From the IMG/VR virus record IMGVR_UViG_3300032225_000947, positions 1 to 38,599 of that record: 38,599 nt of DNA, one strand, 5' to 3'. Of this stretch, positions 34,987 to 38,599 are shown one piece after another. Source of the DNA: a virus (taxonomy: Duplodnaviria; Caudoviricetes). The translations under genes were made by a program, and so were the position numbers. The notes under the pieces are model-generated. The model was not told the origin of the DNA. It saw only the letters and a program-made list of their open reading frames with translations, and made no database searches. Every line of letters starts with the position of its first letter. Position 1 is the first letter of the stretch.

Positions 34987-35846
34987 TGGCGACCCCGGCA
35001 AGCAATTACGTTATGGCGTTTAATGGTTTTTTGTTTGGTGGTCCAGGTCAGGGTGTGCAGGTTCTTGAGATTGATGGTTTGGAGTCTTTGCCTGATTTGC
35101 GTACTCAGGATGATATTCGCGGCTATCAGGATGGCATGTTTACTGGCCGGGATTTCTTATCGGGCCGTTATGTGACGTTTCGTTTGCAGATTATGAACGA
35201 TTCCGCTAACACTATGCAGACGTATTTGGCTCAGTTGAAATCTAATCTTGTTCCTCAGCAGCAGGGTACGGGGGTGTTGCAGTTTCAGTTGCCTGGGCGG
35301 AGCCTTCAGAGGCTGAATGCTCGTGTTCGTAAGAGGAATATTAAGCTTGATCCTGAGTATGTGTATGGCCGGTCTGAGGCGATGGTGGAGTTTTTCTGCG
35401 CTGATCCTCGTATTTATGACGATGCGCTTATTACTGCTGCGTTGAATCCGACTTCTCAGGTGGGTCGTGTCTATAACCGCGTCTATCCTTTGCTATATAA
35501 CACTATTGGTTCGGGTGGAGTGGGTTCAACGACTGTTACGAATAGTGGGAACGTTACGGTTTTCCCGACGTTCACTCTTAATGGTGCAATGACTAACCCC
35601 ATTATTGTTAACAGTTCGACGGGTCAGTATCTGTCTTTGAATATTACGACGAGTGCGACGGACACGATTGTTATTGACCCTGATCTTCGCTCAATTACCT
35701 ATAACGGTCTTCCGGCGAGGAATCTTCTTATTAATGGTAGTTCGTGGTTTGGTTTACCCGCTGGGTCTACGACTATTGGTATCATCTCCTCAACCGCGTC
35801 TACCGCTTCATCGTTGGTCATCACTTATCGGAATGGATACATCTAG
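34986..35846 (+). CDS. Distal tail protein (Dit)
   Basis: Follows TMP; GLESLPDLRT.D, FFCADPRIY, NSGNV..FP. Confidence 0.85.
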   Translation: MATPASNYVMAFNGFLFGGPGQGVQVLEIDGLESLPDLRTQDDIRGYQDGMFTGRDFLSGRYVTFRLQIMNDSANTMQTYLAQLKSNLVPQQQGTGVLQFQLPGRSLQRLNARVRKRNIKLDPEYVYGRSEAMVEFFCADPRIYDDALITAALNPTSQVGRVYNRVYPLLYNTIGSGGVGSTTVTNSGNVTVFPTFTLNGAMTNPIIVNSSTGQYLSLNITTSATDTIVIDPDLRSITYNGLPARNLLINGSSWFGLPAGSTTIGIISSTASTASSLVITYRNGYI

Positions 35847-36401
35847 ATGACGTTACGCACTCCGCCACTGTATTTGCAGGCCGGTTCTCATTCAGCTGAG
35901 AATGACCGGCTTGGTTTGTATGGCCTGGTGGGTACGCAGGGTGTTGGGCCGTTGACGCAGTTGAAGGTGTCGCAGTCTGGTACACCAGCGATGACGGTTT
36001 CTGTTGCGGCTGGTTGGGCGTGGATTCTTGGTACGACGACTGCTACGCAGGGCATGTATTCGCTTTACAACGACGCAGCAGTAACGCTTACGATTGCTAC
36101 TGCTCCATCATCGAATACGCGTATTGATCTTGTGTGTTTGACGGTGCGTGATGCGGCGTATGCGGGTGCGTCGAATGACTGTATTTTGCAGGTTGTTACG
36201 GGTACGGCTGCGGCTTCTCCGTCGGTGCCGACGCTTCCGGCTTCCAGCTTGTCTTTGGCGACGGTTCTTGTGGGTACGAATGTTACGTCTATTGTGAATG
36301 CGAATATTACTGATACTCGTGCGTATGCGGCGTTGTCTATGGCGGCGTCTAGTTCTGGCGGCGCAAGTTACGCAGACATTCTAATGCTGGGAGGCATGTA
36401 A
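35847..36401 (+). CDS. Minor tail protein
   Basis: MTVSVAAG.AW...RIDLV...GT.AASP..P.LP...LA.V.V...ITDTR. Confidence 0.75.
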   Translation: MTLRTPPLYLQAGSHSAENDRLGLYGLVGTQGVGPLTQLKVSQSGTPAMTVSVAAGWAWILGTTTATQGMYSLYNDAAVTLTIATAPSSNTRIDLVCLTVRDAAYAGASNDCILQVVTGTAAASPSVPTLPASSLSLATVLVGTNVTSIVNANITDTRAYAALSMAASSSGGASYADILMLGGM

Positions 36402-36404
36402 CAA

Positions 36405-36743
36405 ATGGCTACGACGACTATTAAACGGCTTGGGGCTATTGCTTCTTCGGGTGTGATTGGTACGGCGGATACGTTGTATACGACGCCTGCGGCTACGGGT
36501 ACGGTTGTTTCTACGATCACGGTGTGTAATACGTCATCGTCTAGTGCGACGTTCACTATCTCGGTGTCTACTACAACGTCGTTTGTTGCTGCGGGTTACA
36601 TCGTGTATCAGGCGACGGTGGCGGGTAACGATACGGTGGCGTTGACGATGGGTGTGACGTTGGATGCGACGAATAAGTATCTTCTTTGTTCGGCGTCTGC
36701 GTCTACGGTGTCGTTTAGTGCGTTCGGGACTGAGACGGCGTAA
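36405..36743 (+). CDS. Small beta-rich fibre-associated protein
   Basis: GGAGG RBS; LYTTPAAT.TVVSTITVCN...SFSAFG.E. Confidence 0.7.
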   Translation: MATTTIKRLGAIASSGVIGTADTLYTTPAATGTVVSTITVCNTSSSSATFTISVSTTTSFVAAGYIVYQATVAGNDTVALTMGVTLDATNKYLLCSASASTVSFSAFGTETA

Positions 36744-37612
36744 TGACTCTCTCTCGGGTGAGTGGAAGTAATCTTGTTACGCAGCCTTCTCCTGCGATTG
36801 TTTCGTCGCCTTCTTCTACGGGAACGTATTCATCGTCGGGCGTGAACTATTCATACTTCACTTTTAGCGCGTCGGGATCACTGGTGCTGTCGCGTGGCGG
36901 GTTTTTGGACCTGCTTGTAGTGGCCGGTGGGGGATCAGGAGCAGGTGGAACTGGTGGCGGTGGCGGCTATGGTGGTGGTGGCGGTGGAGGTGCTGGAGGT
37001 CTTATCTACACCACTTCTTTTTATCTTGCGGCTGGAACCTATACTGTCACCGTGGGGGCGGGGGGAGCCGGAAGCACGAATCCAAATGGAGCATCTGGTT
37101 CAGCCTCATATATTGGGGTGCTTACCGCCGCTGGGGGTGGTGCCGGAAACTACACTTTTGGAAACCTTCAGGGGGGTTCGGGCGGTGGAGCCTCAGGCGG
37201 TGCCTCTAGCGGGACTGGATCGACCGGTATTGGAAATCAGGGTAGTGCCGGTGGAAACTCGGTTCTTCGGGATGCGGGCGGCGGGGGCGGTGCTTCGGCG
37301 GCTGGGTCAAATGCATCTTCGGGCGTTGGCGGTGCCGGAGGAAATGGTACGGCCATTTCAATTGCAGGATCAACTCCAACTTCCACTTATACGGCGGGTT
37401 CTTACACGTTTGCGGGTGGCGGTGGGGGTGCTTCTTACAATGGAACGCAGGGAGCCGCTGGTACTGGAGGGGCGAGCGCGGGTGTGGTTTCTGGAACATC
37501 AACCGCTGGAACAGCAAATAGCGGTGGAGGGTCCGGTGGGGCTTCGTCTCAAGCGACTGGCACAGGTAATGGCGGCTCAGGAATCGTAATAGTGAGGGTC
37601 AGGACTAATTAG
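36743..37612 (+). CDS. Gly-rich tail fibre/receptor-binding-like protein (one domain)
   Basis: FSASGSL...DLLVVAGGGSG...GGSGIVIVR. Confidence 0.8.
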   Translation: MTLSRVSGSNLVTQPSPAIVSSPSSTGTYSSSGVNYSYFTFSASGSLVLSRGGFLDLLVVAGGGSGAGGTGGGGGYGGGGGGGAGGLIYTTSFYLAAGTYTVTVGAGGAGSTNPNGASGSASYIGVLTAAGGGAGNYTFGNLQGGSGGGASGGASSGTGSTGIGNQGSAGGNSVLRDAGGGGGASAAGSNASSGVGGAGGNGTAISIAGSTPTSTYTAGSYTFAGGGGGASYNGTQGAAGTGGASAGVVSGTSTAGTANSGGGSGGASSQATGTGNGGSGIVIVRVRTN

Positions 37613-38599
37613 ATGGCTATCAACCGTGTCTCAAGTTTGACGGCGAATCCTAATGCTCCGGCTGCTGGGAAGTATGCGGCGATTTCTGGCGGCACTTCGA
37701 CGACGTATACGTCGGGTGGTGTGACGTTCAACGTTCAGTCTTTTACTGCTAGTGGCACGTTGACTGTCGCTAATAGTGGTGTGGTGGATGTGCTGGTGGT
37801 CGGCGGGGGTGGGGCGGGTGGTGGAGATGGAAACACGACTGGAGGTGGCGGTGGTGGCGCGGGCGGCGTTCTATCAGCGACTTCGGTGTTTCTGACCAGC
37901 GGTTCGTATTCCGTTGTCGTGGGCGCGGGAGGCGCTGCTGGCACAAGTCGCTTATCGGCTTTCAATGGAGCGGCAAGTTATGTCGGACCTTGTGTTGCTC
38001 CCGGTGGTGGGGGAGCAGCACCAGACCAAAAGAGTACGACTGGCGCACAGCAAGGTGGTTCTGGTGGCGGTGGGAACTATTCCGCTCCTGCCGGTAATGG
38101 AACTCCCGGTCTTGGTAACGCTGGTGGCGCTGGAGCAATTGGCACGAATAATCCCGGCGGTGGTGGCGGCGGTGCTGGCGCTGTTGGTGTTGCGGCAACT
38201 GCCACCGTTGCGGGTAATGGTGGTGCAGGCGCTTCTAACTCATTGCAGACTGGATCGGCGCAGACTTACGGTGGCGGTGGTGGTGGTGGAACATACGGCG
38301 GCGGTACGACTGGAACGGGTGGTACTGGTGGAGGCGGCAACGGCGGCGCATCGAGCGGAAACAATGTTGGTTCTAATGGGACCGCTAATACTGGCGGTGG
38401 CGGTGGAGGGGCATCAAGCGTAAGTTCCGGCGCTGTCAATGGTTCTAACGGCGGCTCTGGCATCGTCATCGTTCGCACAATCACTGGCATCAGTGGTGCT
38501 GGCTCCAGCGCAACCGGCGGCACGATCACTACCTATACGGGTAATGGTACGAACGGAGTGCTCAATCGGAATTATTCGGTGAGCAGTTTTACTGCTTCG
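37613..38599 (+). CDS. 5' half of a two-domain Gly-rich protein, continuing into 1-837 (absent from the ORF track)
   Basis: ATG directly after the TAG at 37612: MAINRVSSLTANPN...FTASGTL..DVLVVGGGG...GGSGIVIVR; open to the window end. Confidence 0.8.
   Translation, partial: MAINRVSSLTANPNAPAAGKYAAISGGTSTTYTSGGVTFNVQSFTASGTLTVANSGVVDVLVVGGGGAGGGDGNTTGGGGGGAGGVLSATSVFLTSGSYSVVVGAGGAAGTSRLSAFNGAASYVGPCVAPGGGGAAPDQKSTTGAQQGGSGGGGNYSAPAGNGTPGLGNAGGAGAIGTNNPGGGGGGAGAVGVAATATVAGNGGAGASNSLQTGSAQTYGGGGGGGTYGGGTTGTGGTGGGGNGGASSGNNVGSNGTANTGGGGGGASSVSSGAVNGSNGGSGIVIVRTITGISGAGSSATGGTITTYTGNGTNGVLNRNYSVSSFTAS

Noticed and set aside
38477-38599. 123-bp end repeat as a biological direct terminal repeat
   Set aside because: It falls mid-gene, in frame and far from the terminase, so it is best explained as circular assembly overlap.
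36743-38599. Diversity-generating retroelement acting on fibre genes
   Set aside because: No reverse transcriptase and no near-identical TR/VR pair differing at adenines was seen.

Overview
The window is a complete, circularly assembled siphovirus genome of about 38,476 bp. Bases 1-123 repeat exactly at 38477-38599, and one Gly-rich gene reads in frame across the join. The host is almost certainly an actinobacterium (WhiB, M15-type endolysin, actinophage-style replication and tail genes). The rightward arm (19.1 kb to the end, then 1-6.6 kb) carries terminase, a portal with three appended domains, a MuF/ParB-like fusion, protease/scaffold, capsid, tail, Gly-rich fibre proteins, a phosphoesterase/DUF6378 insert, lysis genes and a glycosyltransferase. 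The leftward arm (18.8 to 6.5 kb) carries small early genes, Rad52/Sak, a Cas4-like nuclease, a lambda O/P-style initiator with iterons, methyltransferases, RusA, HNH, SSB and a transglycosylase. No integrase, DNA polymerase, tRNA or CRISPR array was seen. Most striking are three features: (1) a C5 DNA methyltransferase locus broken into 3-4 overlapping-frame polypeptides, with stacked TRD-like cassettes punctuated by an (AG)8 tract and two G9 tracts, a candidate slippage-switched multi-specificity methylase; (2) three promoters sharing GACACGCCG-N33/34-TANNNT, one in front of the phage whiB; (3) head proteins whose accessory domains are bounded by a recurring hydrophobic-K-[AGS] motif. All family calls come from motif recognition by eye; no searches were run.
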